From a virus: a stretch of 28,280 nt of DNA. The stretch's first letter is position 1. Every line of letters starts with the position of its first letter. The notes under the pieces were generated by a model. That model was not told where the DNA came from. It saw only the letters and a program-made list of their open reading frames with translations, and ran no database searches. The translations under genes were made by a program, and so were the position numbers. Of this stretch, positions 1-8,596 are shown piece after piece. The stretch lies in UHGV virus genome UHGV-0263858. One strand, 5' to 3'.

Positions 1-992
1 CGAACCAGCCAGACCAGCATCAGGATAATCGCGACTAACAGTATCCACAGCGCGGGACGCGTTGCCATATTTTGCAACGTGTCCATCATCGGTGGAAAAG
101 GATTAAGCAGCGGTTGCATATCACGCGGATCAATCCCTTTAACCCGCCGTTGATAAAGCTGATTAAGAATATCCTCGGCCTGGGCAGAAGAAAGCGATGA
201 TTGCGCAGAAAGGCCATATTTTTGCTGGATATATGCCGATAACGCCGCCAGTTCACTGGCATCTAAAGGTTGTTTTAGCGCCATCTGTAGTGATTCCAGC
301 GTCGGCGTATTTTGCTGGCTTAACGTCTGGCGCGCCTGCAACCAGGTCACCAGATGGTTAAACAGTTTCGCTGGAATTAACTCGCCATCTTTCACCCCGG
401 AAAGTTCCAGCATCGATTGCCAGATCTGTTTGCTGGGTTCCCCCGTTGCCGCCGCAAGTTTGGTCACCAGCTGTTTGAGCGCATTGTGCTCCGCCGGTAA
501 TAAAGGACGGTCGGTCGCCTCGCGCTGCTGCGGTTGCGGAATAACCATCTTCCCTTCCTGCAACAGGGTGAGAATGGTTTTTAATTGCTCCGGTGAGAGC
601 TGATTCAGCGGCGTCTGACCAAAGTTATGACGGATATAATCCGTGACCGCCTGACGATTATTCCCCAGACGTAAATACTCGCCTAATTGCGCTAAAAGCT
701 GGCGGGCAGAATGGCTTTTTTGCGCGGCCAGCAGACGTTGCGCCAGATTATGTTCAGCGGCAGGGAAGTGACGCGAAAGCAGCGGTGAATCTCCCGACAG
801 ACCAATATCGTGCCTGATACCCGCCCACAGTTCTGCTCTTTGCTGTTGCGTCAGTGAGGTCACTTTCGTCATTAAGCTTTCCAGCGAAGTACGTTGCTGA
901 CTGGATAAAGGCTGATTGCCCGCGCCAGACGGCAGGTTATCTCCCTGACCTGGTGGTTGCCCAGGAGGAGGGCCGGAAATAGGTTGTATCAT
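1..992 (-). CDS. hypothetical membrane-anchored protein, 3'-partial (runs off left edge)
   Basis: Continuous minus-strand frame from ATG at 992 to position 1, verified codon by codon. N-terminus MIQPISGPPPGQPPGQG is Pro/Gln/Gly-rich, followed by three loosely repeated helical segments and a hydrophobic stretch (ALWILLVAIILMLVWLV) at the window edge. Not in the ORF track because it has no stop in the window. Family not recognised. Confidence 0.5.
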   Translation of the reverse strand, partial: MIQPISGPPPGQPPGQGDNLPSGAGNQPLSSQQRTSLESLMTKVTSLTQQQRAELWAGIRHDIGLSGDSPLLSRHFPAAEHNLAQRLLAAQKSHSARQLLAQLGEYLRLGNNRQAVTDYIRHNFGQTPLNQLSPEQLKTILTLLQEGKMVIPQPQQREATDRPLLPAEHNALKQLVTKLAAATGEPSKQIWQSMLELSGVKDGELIPAKLFNHLVTWLQARQTLSQQNTPTLESLQMALKQPLDASELAALSAYIQQKYGLSAQSSLSSAQAEDILNQLYQRRVKGIDPRDMQPLLNPFPPMMDTLQNMATRPALWILLVAIILMLVWLV

Positions 993-1131
993 TACGTATC
1001 CTTATACCTGAAATCTTCGCAAGTATGCCTGGCCGCGAGATTATGGCACACTTGTCCGGTTAACTCTCGTCTCATACAGGTAACACAAACGTGAAAATCC
1101 TTGTTGATGAAAAAGATGATTGGTTAATTTA

Positions 1132-1155
1132 TTGATATAAAAGGATTTATATCAA
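1132..1155. promoter_or_regulatory. perfect 10-bp inverted repeat TTGATATAAA-(4 bp)-TTTATATCAA, candidate operator
   Basis: Palindrome read directly in the intergenic region between the divergent genes starting at 992 (minus) and 1312 (plus). Confidence 0.3.
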
Positions 1156-1311
1156 CGTATGTCCACGCAGTGACCACATTTTCGAGATATAGTTAAAGCC
1201 CGTAAAATATGCGGGCTTTATAATTCTTGCTTTGCCCTCTTTTCAAACCATAAAATTTGTGTGCCTTTTTGGGGTGGTTAGTTTTATCTTTGATATTATG
1301 GAGAATTATTC

Positions 1312-2052
1312 ATGCTTCATTGGGTTTGTACAAAATGTCAGTCTAAAAATTCTACGAAGGAATCAGTGTGTCCTGCGTGTGGAACTTCTTTTTGGTCGAC
1401 GCAGAAAAAAGAAAGGAGAGGGTGTTTATTGTTGGTTGTAATGTTCTTCGTTGTGTTTTGGGTTATTGGGCAATTATCCGGAAACGAAACCGATTCACAG
1501 GTAAATAATATTCCATCGAAAGATCATATTGGCGATGAACTTGCTTTATCTGGAGTAGACAAGGCGAAACCGTATTCTTTTGTGCGTTATGATGACATAA
1601 GTTATGCGGGACGAAAGAGATTTAAGGTTTTTATAGTGTCGCCTGAGTCTCAAGATTTAGAATCAAGAGCTTCGACAGCAATGACCGCGGCTATTGAGTG
1701 GCAGAAAGAGAAGAGAGCTGACTTTGTATCTGTGTTGCTTCTACCTACGGAAAATTCTGAAGGTAGTTATCGGTTGGCAATGGTTGATTATTCTCCGGAT
1801 GGTTGCGGAACTGGTGCTGTATGTGATAATAAAAAATGGACTATATTGTCTAGTGACGTAATATTAACGAAATCGCAACTTCAATCTATATCCTTGTGGA
1901 ATGAGTATAAGAAAAAGTTTGCGGGTAATGATGGGATTTTGGATTTAAAGGAAGAAAAGAAATTGAAGCAGTTTATTAGTAAACAGCTAAATATTCCTGT
2001 TAAGGATGTATTTACTCCAGATATTTTTCCTTTAAAGAAAATCGAAGATTAA
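1312..2052 (+). CDS. hypothetical zinc-ribbon membrane protein (C-x2-C...C-x2-C N-terminus, one TM segment, ~185-aa C-terminal domain)
   Basis: ATG at 1312 preceded by GGAGAA. N-terminus CTKCQSKNSTKESVCPACG has two CxxC pairs, then a hydrophobic segment LLLVVMFFVVFWVIGQL. The gene is visibly AT-rich compared with the phage genes. A terminator follows at 2130-2166. Confidence 0.6.
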   Translation: MLHWVCTKCQSKNSTKESVCPACGTSFWSTQKKERRGCLLLVVMFFVVFWVIGQLSGNETDSQVNNIPSKDHIGDELALSGVDKAKPYSFVRYDDISYAGRKRFKVFIVSPESQDLESRASTAMTAAIEWQKEKRADFVSVLLLPTENSEGSYRLAMVDYSPDGCGTGAVCDNKKWTILSSDVILTKSQLQSISLWNEYKKKFAGNDGILDLKEEKKLKQFISKQLNIPVKDVFTPDIFPLKKIED

Positions 2053-2129
2053 CAAAATAAATAGACGAGACTGAATTAGTATTATTGTAATCTTTAACTG
2101 GTACCCTCACTTGTGAGGGCACCAAAAAG

Positions 2130-2166
2130 AAAACCCGCAGTTTTTACGCTGCGGGTTTCTGCTTTG
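2130..2166. terminator. bidirectional intrinsic terminator (stem CCCGCAG/CTGCGGG, flanked by A-run and T-run)
   Basis: Hairpin 2134-2155 followed by TTTCTGCTTT on the plus strand and TTTTCTTTTT on the minus strand. It sits between the converging 1312-2052 gene and the hok-like gene. Confidence 0.55.
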
Positions 2167-2244
2167 GGATGTGTATAGGGTGCCTTATCAGTCTTGCCCT
2201 GACAACCGATTGACGGGGGAATCTCTTCCCCCGTCGCGGTTTCC

Positions 2245-2385
2245 TTACTGTTTACACTGTAAGAACGCCGCAAACTCCGCTCCCCAGAAGCTCATCCGTA
2301 TCTCACACAGTGAACCGTGTAGCATCCAGATGATGAGGATTGCCGTTACGCAGAACGTAATGGCCGTAAGCGATTTTTGCGACAT
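2245..2385 (-). CDS. Hok/Gef-family type I toxin (46 aa)
   Basis: Manual translation gives MSQKSLTAITFCVTAILIIWMLHGSLCEIRMSFWGAEFAAFLQCKQ. It has a single N-terminal TM segment followed by SLCEIR and a C-terminal AAFL motif, matching the Hok/Gef signature (compare hokA ...SLCELH...ELAAFLACK). Start is preceded by AAAGGAGCAAGCGCT. Too short for the ORF track. Confidence 0.8.
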   Translation of the reverse strand: MSQKSLTAITFCVTAILIIWMLHGSLCEIRMSFWGAEFAAFLQCKQ

Positions 2386-2606
2386 AGCGCTTGCTCCTTT
2401 TTCGGGGAGGCGCTAACCTATCACTTGTCTAGGGTAGATGGTTAGGGCCTCGGTTAAACAAAAATGTTTTCCGGGGCCTTTCCACATCCGGCCTTCAGGT
2501 ATTCCCTCCAGCCATCAGCCGAAAGGCACCCGCGCGAATTCTAGCCTGGTTTTTTCCCTTGTTTCAATCCGTTGAGGCCTCTCAGCCTTCTGATATAAAA
2601 TTCCCG

Positions 2607-2672
2607 ACCGCAGACATTATTCAGTCACGCATTTGATACATGCTTCCGCCGGCGTTCGCGCCGGTTTTTTTT
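2607..2672 (+). ncRNA. putative Sok-like antisense RNA (about 65 nt) with its own promoter and terminator
   Basis: Plus-strand promoter-like TTGAGG (2572-2577), 16-bp spacer, TATAAA (2594-2599). A hairpin CCGGCG-TTCG-CGCCGG followed by T8 (2649-2672) lies about 65 nt downstream, antisense to the expected hok mRNA leader. Boundaries are predicted, not measured. Confidence 0.4.
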
Positions 2673-3054
2673 CCGTCCTGTTGCTGCGTAGATCGTCATG
2701 TGCGATCGAGGCTCGGTATTGATCCTTTTTTCAGTTTAATTCTGACTCTTGATTTTGCGCAGGCCGCGCTGCGTCTGGCTTCTTTGTTTGAGGGGTGTTT
2801 AACGCGATCCTTTCGCGATCGTGTCTTGTCCCACGTAAAGTATGAAAACTCTTTTAATATCAGCCTGTTTTCTTTCTCCTGCCATTCATGAGATCGTAAA
2901 AATCCCTCTGAAAACTGCAAAAAATTTCAAAACGTGAAATTTCAGATCTTCGCTTTTCCCTCAGTTGCTGCGCGGGCTGGCGGTCATTTTTGCACGGCAG
3001 AAAACTGAAAAAGTGTTTCGAGACAAAACCCGCGGGTTGGAGGGGGTAGCGCGG

Positions 3055-3094
3055 TTTACGTCACCTCACGCTTTACGTCACACCGTTTACGTGG
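3055..3094 (+). repeat. direct repeats TTTACGTCAC, TTTACGTCAC, TTTACGTGG at 3055, 3072 and 3086
   Basis: Read directly. An inverted copy CACGTAAA occurs at 2833-2840. Non-coding region just beyond the last late gene. Confidence 0.35.
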
Positions 3095-3146
3095 TGTGCG
3101 CATACAGCGCCAGAATGGCACGCAGAACGCATTAATCAGGTGGCAG

Positions 3147-3177
3147 ATATGAAAACGCACGACCGGAGCCGTGCGTT
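3147..3177 (-). terminator. intrinsic terminator closing the late operon
   Basis: Minus-strand hairpin AACGCACG / CGTGCGTT (8-bp stem, 3154-3161 with 3170-3177) followed by TTTTCAT, about 40 nt downstream of the stop at 3215. Confidence 0.55.
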
Positions 3178-3214
3178 GCGTGATGGGCGTTTATGGGGGT
3201 TTTATGCCCGGTGA

Positions 3215-4912
3215 TCAGGCGATAAGGTCACCGTATTTTTCGCGCAGGCTCGTAGCCTGTTTGGCGTCTGCGGCAAGTTCGCTGCTGTTTGTTGGTGCGC
3301 CGGTGTTGCTGTGGGTGTGGTTTGCAGTGTGTGTGGCCAGCAACTGAACCAGATCCAGAATATCAATCAACAACGTCAGCAGATTAAGTCCGGATTTTTC
3401 CCGTGAGCCACCGCGACCAATAAATACTGTCGGGGCTGTAAACTCCAGACCACCGTCCGCCCGGCATGTTCTGCGGCCTCCCACGTTTTCAGTAAGGTCG
3501 CGCTCAATCGTGGATGTCGCCCCTTTGAGTTGAGTCAGCAAACCCTGCGCTACCATCTGGATATGCTCACCGGCTGCGATCGCATAATGACCAGTAGTAA
3601 TGTGTTCTGTCTGGCCTGTCATCAGCTTGCTGGTTCCCAGAACGCTGGTTATGTCGTTTGCCTGTACTGTTGTTGTTCTGGTTGTTGTTGTGCGTTCTTC
3701 CTGATCGCTGTTAATGGTTCGCCTGGCTGAATGCTCCCTGATTTGCTGGTCGGTTTCTCTGTGCCAGCTTCCGTCAGTCGTGACACGCTGAAACACTTCT
3801 GCACGCTGTTGTTGCAGCTGTTCGCCGGGCTTTACATCAGGCAGGTTATGGCCAGCGGGTAAGATTTGCCTGATAACAGGCTTATCCGGGCGTCCTTCAA
3901 TGTTGGATATTTCCACGATGGTGCCTGCTGGCGGGTAGGCAAAACATCCCGCCTCACTGCCAGCCATGGGGACGGGGAGGGGTACTGCCGGGTAAACAGG
4001 CGTATCGCTTTTATCGTTGCCGTTCTCATCAAGCAACTGCACATCGACGGCGTAGCGTGGGCGGAAACTGTCGGCCACATCGCCCAGGGTGGTGGGCTCC
4101 GTTGGTGCAATGACGCGCGCCAGCCGGGTATGTAGCGTACCGCTGGCCAGTTCCGGGAACTGTGTCTCCATTTGTCTGCGTAATGGTGATTTGGAAACAG
4201 GGCTACCTGTGGCGGTAAGGCGCTCCCATGTCAGGGTCATTTTCTCGTTGTTGAGGGCCACACGGGTAATGCGCCCGGCCGGAAGGTTCACGCCCGGTCG
4301 CACAGTTTCCATAAACATGATGTCGATGCTGTTTCCGCCGCTTTGCCCGAGTGTGTACTGTTGCGGAATATTCGGCATCGTAATACTGGCAAATCGTGAA
4401 TCAGCTGCACTTCCCACAAATACAGAACCGTCCGGCATTGGGTGCCAGACGTAATCGCTGATGCTGAATGCACGCCCCAGCTGACTGAGTAACTGCGTTC
4501 CGCTGCCGCTGTGGGTGATGTAGGGAGTTGGTATACTGGCATAATCCGCATCCGGAGTGATAAAAACGATACCGCTTTGTCGCCCCAGATTATCGAGTAC
4601 CCCCCGCAGCGTCGGGTGTTGCATGGAGCAGGGGAAATCAAAATCCAGCACAGCAGCTGCTTCACGGATAAAAAGGCGACGTGAGCCATTTTCAGCAGGT
4701 TGATCGCGCTCAATGTAGCCGGAGAAATAGCGCCATGCTTCGCCGTCACGGCCGAGATCAATTTGCACCATTGCGCCGGCAAGGCTTTTTTCTGGTGACA
4801 GATTGTTAACAGAAATGAAGCCACGACCGGCGGCATTCAGGGTGAGAACAAGGCTTATATCGGCAATTTCCACCCGTTCGCCATTAATCATACAGCGTTG
4901 TATCAATTTCAT
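3215..4912 (-). CDS. hypothetical virion protein (565 aa), last gene of the late operon
   Basis: ATG at 4912 with SD GAGGAAGGG; ATGA overlap with the upstream gene. C-terminus contains THTANHTH (3311-3334), reminiscent of His-rich spike apex motifs. Not recognisable as tape measure, sheath or tube. Confidence 0.6.
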   Translation of the reverse strand: MKLIQRCMINGERVEIADISLVLTLNAAGRGFISVNNLSPEKSLAGAMVQIDLGRDGEAWRYFSGYIERDQPAENGSRRLFIREAAAVLDFDFPCSMQHPTLRGVLDNLGRQSGIVFITPDADYASIPTPYITHSGSGTQLLSQLGRAFSISDYVWHPMPDGSVFVGSAADSRFASITMPNIPQQYTLGQSGGNSIDIMFMETVRPGVNLPAGRITRVALNNEKMTLTWERLTATGSPVSKSPLRRQMETQFPELASGTLHTRLARVIAPTEPTTLGDVADSFRPRYAVDVQLLDENGNDKSDTPVYPAVPLPVPMAGSEAGCFAYPPAGTIVEISNIEGRPDKPVIRQILPAGHNLPDVKPGEQLQQQRAEVFQRVTTDGSWHRETDQQIREHSARRTINSDQEERTTTTRTTTVQANDITSVLGTSKLMTGQTEHITTGHYAIAAGEHIQMVAQGLLTQLKGATSTIERDLTENVGGRRTCRADGGLEFTAPTVFIGRGGSREKSGLNLLTLLIDILDLVQLLATHTANHTHSNTGAPTNSSELAADAKQATSLREKYGDLIA

Positions 4913-5484
4913 GTTTTCCCTTCCTCTTTCACGCTCCCGATGCCAACAGCATCCAGACCAGAGCCAACGGCATCATTGATTTTTTTCCAGAACGAACTTT
5001 GCGTATTCATGCCTTTGTCTGGTGCCTGTTCGCTACCGTTCTGAGTCTGCTGTCTGGCGATGGTTTTCTGCGAACCGCTGCGTGCGGATGCTTTCTCTGG
5101 CACGCTTAATTTTTCCCTGAGAGTAAAGGTGACCTGCCAGTGCATTTTTCCCTGTTGTTCCGTGGCATCAATGCCACCAGAAAATACCCCCTGTCGCATA
5201 TTGATTGCCTTCGCGGTAGCGTTAGCAATGCGATATGTTTTTTTAGCACCGTTGCTTTCTGTTGCCTCCGCAAGCTGAAAAATACGGGTCAGAATAGCTT
5301 CATCGTTAAAATCAATAACCCCCGACACGCGCAGCTCTTTAGCCTTGTTTCCCTGCTGGGCGCTCGTGGTGCTGGTTGACTGTCCGGACATATCTTTGTC
5401 CGGTAGTTGCATGGTGGCGCTGACGGTGATGTTGCGCAGCAGAATGGCTTCCCCGTCAAGCGCAAGGACAATCATCTGGGTCAT
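4909..5484 (-). CDS. hypothetical phage protein (191 aa)
   Basis: ATG at 5484 with SD AGGGA. It overlaps the upstream gene by 29 nt and the downstream gene by 4 nt (ATGA). Family not recognised. Confidence 0.55.
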   Translation of the reverse strand: MTQMIVLALDGEAILLRNITVSATMQLPDKDMSGQSTSTTSAQQGNKAKELRVSGVIDFNDEAILTRIFQLAEATESNGAKKTYRIANATAKAINMRQGVFSGGIDATEQQGKMHWQVTFTLREKLSVPEKASARSGSQKTIARQQTQNGSEQAPDKGMNTQSSFWKKINDAVGSGLDAVGIGSVKEEGKT

Positions 5485-6169
5485 GTAGTGCTTCCCTTAG
5501 TGATGAGAGATTATCGCCGACGAACAGAGTCACAGCTGTAAAAACCCACTCGGGGTGTGGGATGTTTTTTTGTATCAGCACTGCAGCCTGATTAAGGGCT
5601 CCTTTGTAGCAAAAGCGCCACACCGGGCAAAATTTTTGCCGGAGTGCGGCCTGCTGATCAGCGATTTCCTGTAAGGCTTTATCTCTCGCATTCATGAACT
5701 GATGCAGTGATGATGACAATGTTTCCGGTGATGTGGCGGCAGGAGTGGCAGCCTGTGCAATGGTTTCCGCCAGCGACATGCTGCGAGTGGTCTGTGTCGA
5801 CAGCATTATCGGTTCCGGAAGTGATGTTACCGGTCTGGCGGGGATTTGCATTCTGCTGATGGCCAGTGAAAGCTGGCTGGAGATCATGCGGGACATTCGT
5901 CCCACCTCTGGCAACGGAAATGCGCCTGAAAATTGCCTGGAGAGTGATAAAAACTCGCCAGCAGAAGGGGCACAAAACAACAGCGCCACAATGTCTTTTT
6001 CTGTGCTTTCTTTCAGGTAGGGTAAAAGTGCAGATACAGCATTTTCGGGGCTGAGATAACGCCCCGATGGTTTGATGTTTCCGGTATTTTCTGACCATGG
6101 ATGAAGGCAAACCACAGAACACTTAATGTTCATGGCTGACGGGCGCAGAATTGCCTTTTCCCATTTCAT
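5456..6169 (-). CDS. hypothetical phage protein (237 aa)
   Basis: ATG at 6169 with SD GGAGAG and ATGA overlap with the upstream gene. Family not recognised. Confidence 0.55.
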   Translation of the reverse strand: MKWEKAILRPSAMNIKCSVVCLHPWSENTGNIKPSGRYLSPENAVSALLPYLKESTEKDIVALLFCAPSAGEFLSLSRQFSGAFPLPEVGRMSRMISSQLSLAISRMQIPARPVTSLPEPIMLSTQTTRSMSLAETIAQAATPAATSPETLSSSLHQFMNARDKALQEIADQQAALRQKFCPVWRFCYKGALNQAAVLIQKNIPHPEWVFTAVTLFVGDNLSSLREALHDPDDCPCA

Positions 6170-6741
6170 TCTGACTCTCCAGCCTGAAAAGCGCGGATGT
6201 CGGCAAGATTATTAAGGCTATCCAGCACGTCCTTCATCTGTCGCTGACGGCGATAAATCCCGTCGTTGCGATCAGTCTGCGCCCGGGCCATCGCGGCTGC
6301 CAGCTCCTGAAGCTGCGCCATTGTCAGTGTGACAAGGTTATTTGCTGCATCCCCCCATCCCAGCGTTGACCGCGTACCTACAACCTTTGCAGCCATTGCC
6401 GCGGGCGCAATACGACTTATTGAGTCTGCACCACCATTCCAGGTGTGTCCGTTCCATTCGAACGTGAACGGCTGCGCTTCCTGTTCTGTGCGCCATGCTT
6501 CAATTTCTCGTTTTTTAGCGTCCTTTGCTGCTGCGATAAGTTCAGGTGATGCGGTGAACGGGGTTATCTCGCCCCATTTGCCGCTCTGCAGTTCCTGCCA
6601 GATGTGCTGGCCGGTTTTCGCTGTATCGTCTGGCGTGGCTGTGTAGGGAAGTGGGTCTTCCATTCCCTCAAACAGCACGTCGCAGTCAATCGCACCGGAT
6701 TCGGTATAACGGGGACTGGTAATCTCTTTTATCTGCATCAT
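6166..6741 (-). CDS. hypothetical phage protein (191 aa), possibly a fibre-associated chaperone or a tail tube
   Basis: ATG-ATG start at 6741 with SD GAGGG and ATGA overlap with the upstream gene. The C-terminal half (FEWNGHTWNGG...YRRQRQMKDVL) loosely resembles tail fibre assembly-type C-termini. Weak call. Confidence 0.5.
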   Translation of the reverse strand: MMQIKEITSPRYTESGAIDCDVLFEGMEDPLPYTATPDDTAKTGQHIWQELQSGKWGEITPFTASPELIAAAKDAKKREIEAWRTEQEAQPFTFEWNGHTWNGGADSISRIAPAAMAAKVVGTRSTLGWGDAANNLVTLTMAQLQELAAAMARAQTDRNDGIYRRQRQMKDVLDSLNNLADIRAFQAGESE

Positions 6742-8033
6742 GCAACCCTCACAAACAAAGAAACTAAGCCCCGGTTATAAAACTTAATATCCGGGCCGCC
6801 AGATAAAGCGACATATGTACCAGGCAGGGTATCCCTGTAGACAAATGACCTCGCAGCAGCACTAAATCCTGACGTGCGATACTCCGCTTCAAAGACCACC
6901 TGCCGGAGTCTTGAGCCTGACACGCCTTGTGCACGAAGTAACGTAACCTCACTGCTGCCATCGTCCGGTAGGTATGCAGCAAGAACCAGGCCTCCGGGGA
7001 ACGGAGGACGCTTTGATGTATTTTCTGTTGCATACAACAGTTGCATCAGGCGATTACGTGACCAGAACAACCGCGACCATGCTTCTGGCAGGTCTGACGG
7101 ACGCATGGATTTTTTAACCAGTACCTGATATTTCGCAGGACCTTCACCGAATCCCCCATCGTATTCTGCATCACCATGAAACGTTATCCACCGACGCGCT
7201 TCTGCTTCAATACCGGCAGAGTCAATTCCGTATCGTATGTCTATATCCACAAGTCCACGGAAATAAGGTTGCCCCATGTCATACGCAATGATGGGATTAT
7301 ACGAAGTGCTACTCCCTCCAGATTGTGTTACCGCGTAACGCCCGGGGGTGACTTCGAACACCCATTTCAGAAATTCGGCAGGGCCATTTTGGGCGCTGAA
7401 ATACACCACTTCCGACGAAGAGAACACATGCCCGTATCCGAACGCCCCCGGCAGAGCAAGACAACCTGCGGTGCGGTCGTAAATATTGCTCTGGACACCA
7501 AGCAAAGCGGCACTTTTCACCCCCAGATTGTCGCGGGATTCCTGCTGCGCCTCTTCCCCCTCTGCTGCAATCTCTGACAACCGGTTGGAGGTTCTCAGCA
7601 TTGATTTCAGTTCCGGGTAAATATCTACCTGCCAGCTCTGTGGAGGAACGGTAATTTGCGCAGCCTGAGCCACGCCCTGATAAGTAATCGTGAAATTCCT
7701 GACCAGTGACTCGCCAGCATGTTTCTGACGGACAGGGGTTTTTATTACGCCGCACAGTGTTCCGCTGGCCTGATGGATGAGGCAAATCCAGTCATAGCTG
7801 AATGCACAGTCATCAGGAACAACCGCGCTACACACAATATTGTTCGGGCTTAACTGGCCATAGGTCAGTTCATTCACGGTATATGTGATTTTTTCTTCCG
7901 GAACGGTATTATCTTCGCGCGTTGGTTCCCGCTCCATCAGGGCAAAAATAATAGTGTCAGGGCGTGCAGGTAAATTACTGGCTGTGCATTCAGCAACCCA
8001 CTTTTCAAATGCTTTCGTCAACAATGCGCTCAT
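6738..8033 (-). CDS. hypothetical virion protein (431 aa), possibly a second fibre/receptor-binding protein or a divergent sheath
   Basis: ATG at 8033, 6 nt after the tfa stop. Size fits a sheath, but no similarity to P2 FI is recognisable by eye. Confidence 0.55.
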   Translation of the reverse strand: MSALLTKAFEKWVAECTASNLPARPDTIIFALMEREPTREDNTVPEEKITYTVNELTYGQLSPNNIVCSAVVPDDCAFSYDWICLIHQASGTLCGVIKTPVRQKHAGESLVRNFTITYQGVAQAAQITVPPQSWQVDIYPELKSMLRTSNRLSEIAAEGEEAQQESRDNLGVKSAALLGVQSNIYDRTAGCLALPGAFGYGHVFSSSEVVYFSAQNGPAEFLKWVFEVTPGRYAVTQSGGSSTSYNPIIAYDMGQPYFRGLVDIDIRYGIDSAGIEAEARRWITFHGDAEYDGGFGEGPAKYQVLVKKSMRPSDLPEAWSRLFWSRNRLMQLLYATENTSKRPPFPGGLVLAAYLPDDGSSEVTLLRAQGVSGSRLRQVVFEAEYRTSGFSAAARSFVYRDTLPGTYVALSGGPDIKFYNRGLVSLFVRVA

Positions 8034-8039
8034 TACTTC

Positions 8040-8594
8040 TTAATTCTCGCTAATGTTCTGCGGTAATTCTGGCCATACAATTGCGGCATACGATGATTTA
8101 TCTGTAACCTGACTGAATGTCATCTCCCGTAACGTTTTTGTATAAATACGGCATGCTTTCAGTTTTTCCTTGTCTTCGTCGCTGATTAACCCCAGCAGCA
8201 GGTCTTTTTCCCATTCGCTGGTCATGATGCTAACCTGTTTTAACAGTGCATCACGCTCGTCTTCCGCTTTAAGTTTGTAGTCAAAAACAAATGCATCATT
8301 GCGGTAGAACCAGTAACCCGACGCCTCAATGCGACGATTGACGGTAATATCCGGTAGCTCAATCACGCTTTTATTTTCCGGGCAGATTGAGGTGATGTCT
8401 TTTCCAACCCAGACCACTTCGCCAGTTTCAACATAAATAACTTTCAGAGTGTCTGGCTGAAATTTTTCCTGGGCTTCGTGCCATTCCTGACCATCATCGG
8501 AGAACAGCCACAATAAAAATTTATGCTGTCGCGCCAGCTGGTATTGCTCAATTGTTTTAGGGTTTTGTGCCGTAAGATTTTTTAAGTGCATCAT
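8040..8594 (-). CDS. tail fibre assembly protein (P2 gpG / Tfa-like)
   Basis: 184 aa, ATG-ATG start, immediately downstream of the fibre gene. Tfa-like features (WFYRNDAFVFDY, C-terminal acidic helix). Confidence 0.7.
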   Translation of the reverse strand: MMHLKNLTAQNPKTIEQYQLARQHKFLLWLFSDDGQEWHEAQEKFQPDTLKVIYVETGEVVWVGKDITSICPENKSVIELPDITVNRRIEASGYWFYRNDAFVFDYKLKAEDERDALLKQVSIMTSEWEKDLLLGLISDEDKEKLKACRIYTKTLREMTFSQVTDKSSYAAIVWPELPQNISEN

Positions 8595-8596
8595 GA

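Noticed and set aside
1-992. Attempt to name the left-flank gene as a specific known host protein
   Set aside because: I could not match the sequence to any family with confidence from memory, so it is left as hypothetical.
2171-2416. 81-aa plus-strand ORF
   Set aside because: Overlaps the Hok/Gef toxin gene on the opposite strand; the hok frame has the family signature and a proper SD.
4288-4836. 182-aa minus-strand ORF nested inside the 565-aa gene, and similar nested ORFs at 5679-6122, 7309-7785 and 17974-18579
   Set aside because: They lie in alternative frames of longer, well-supported genes with no independent start signals.
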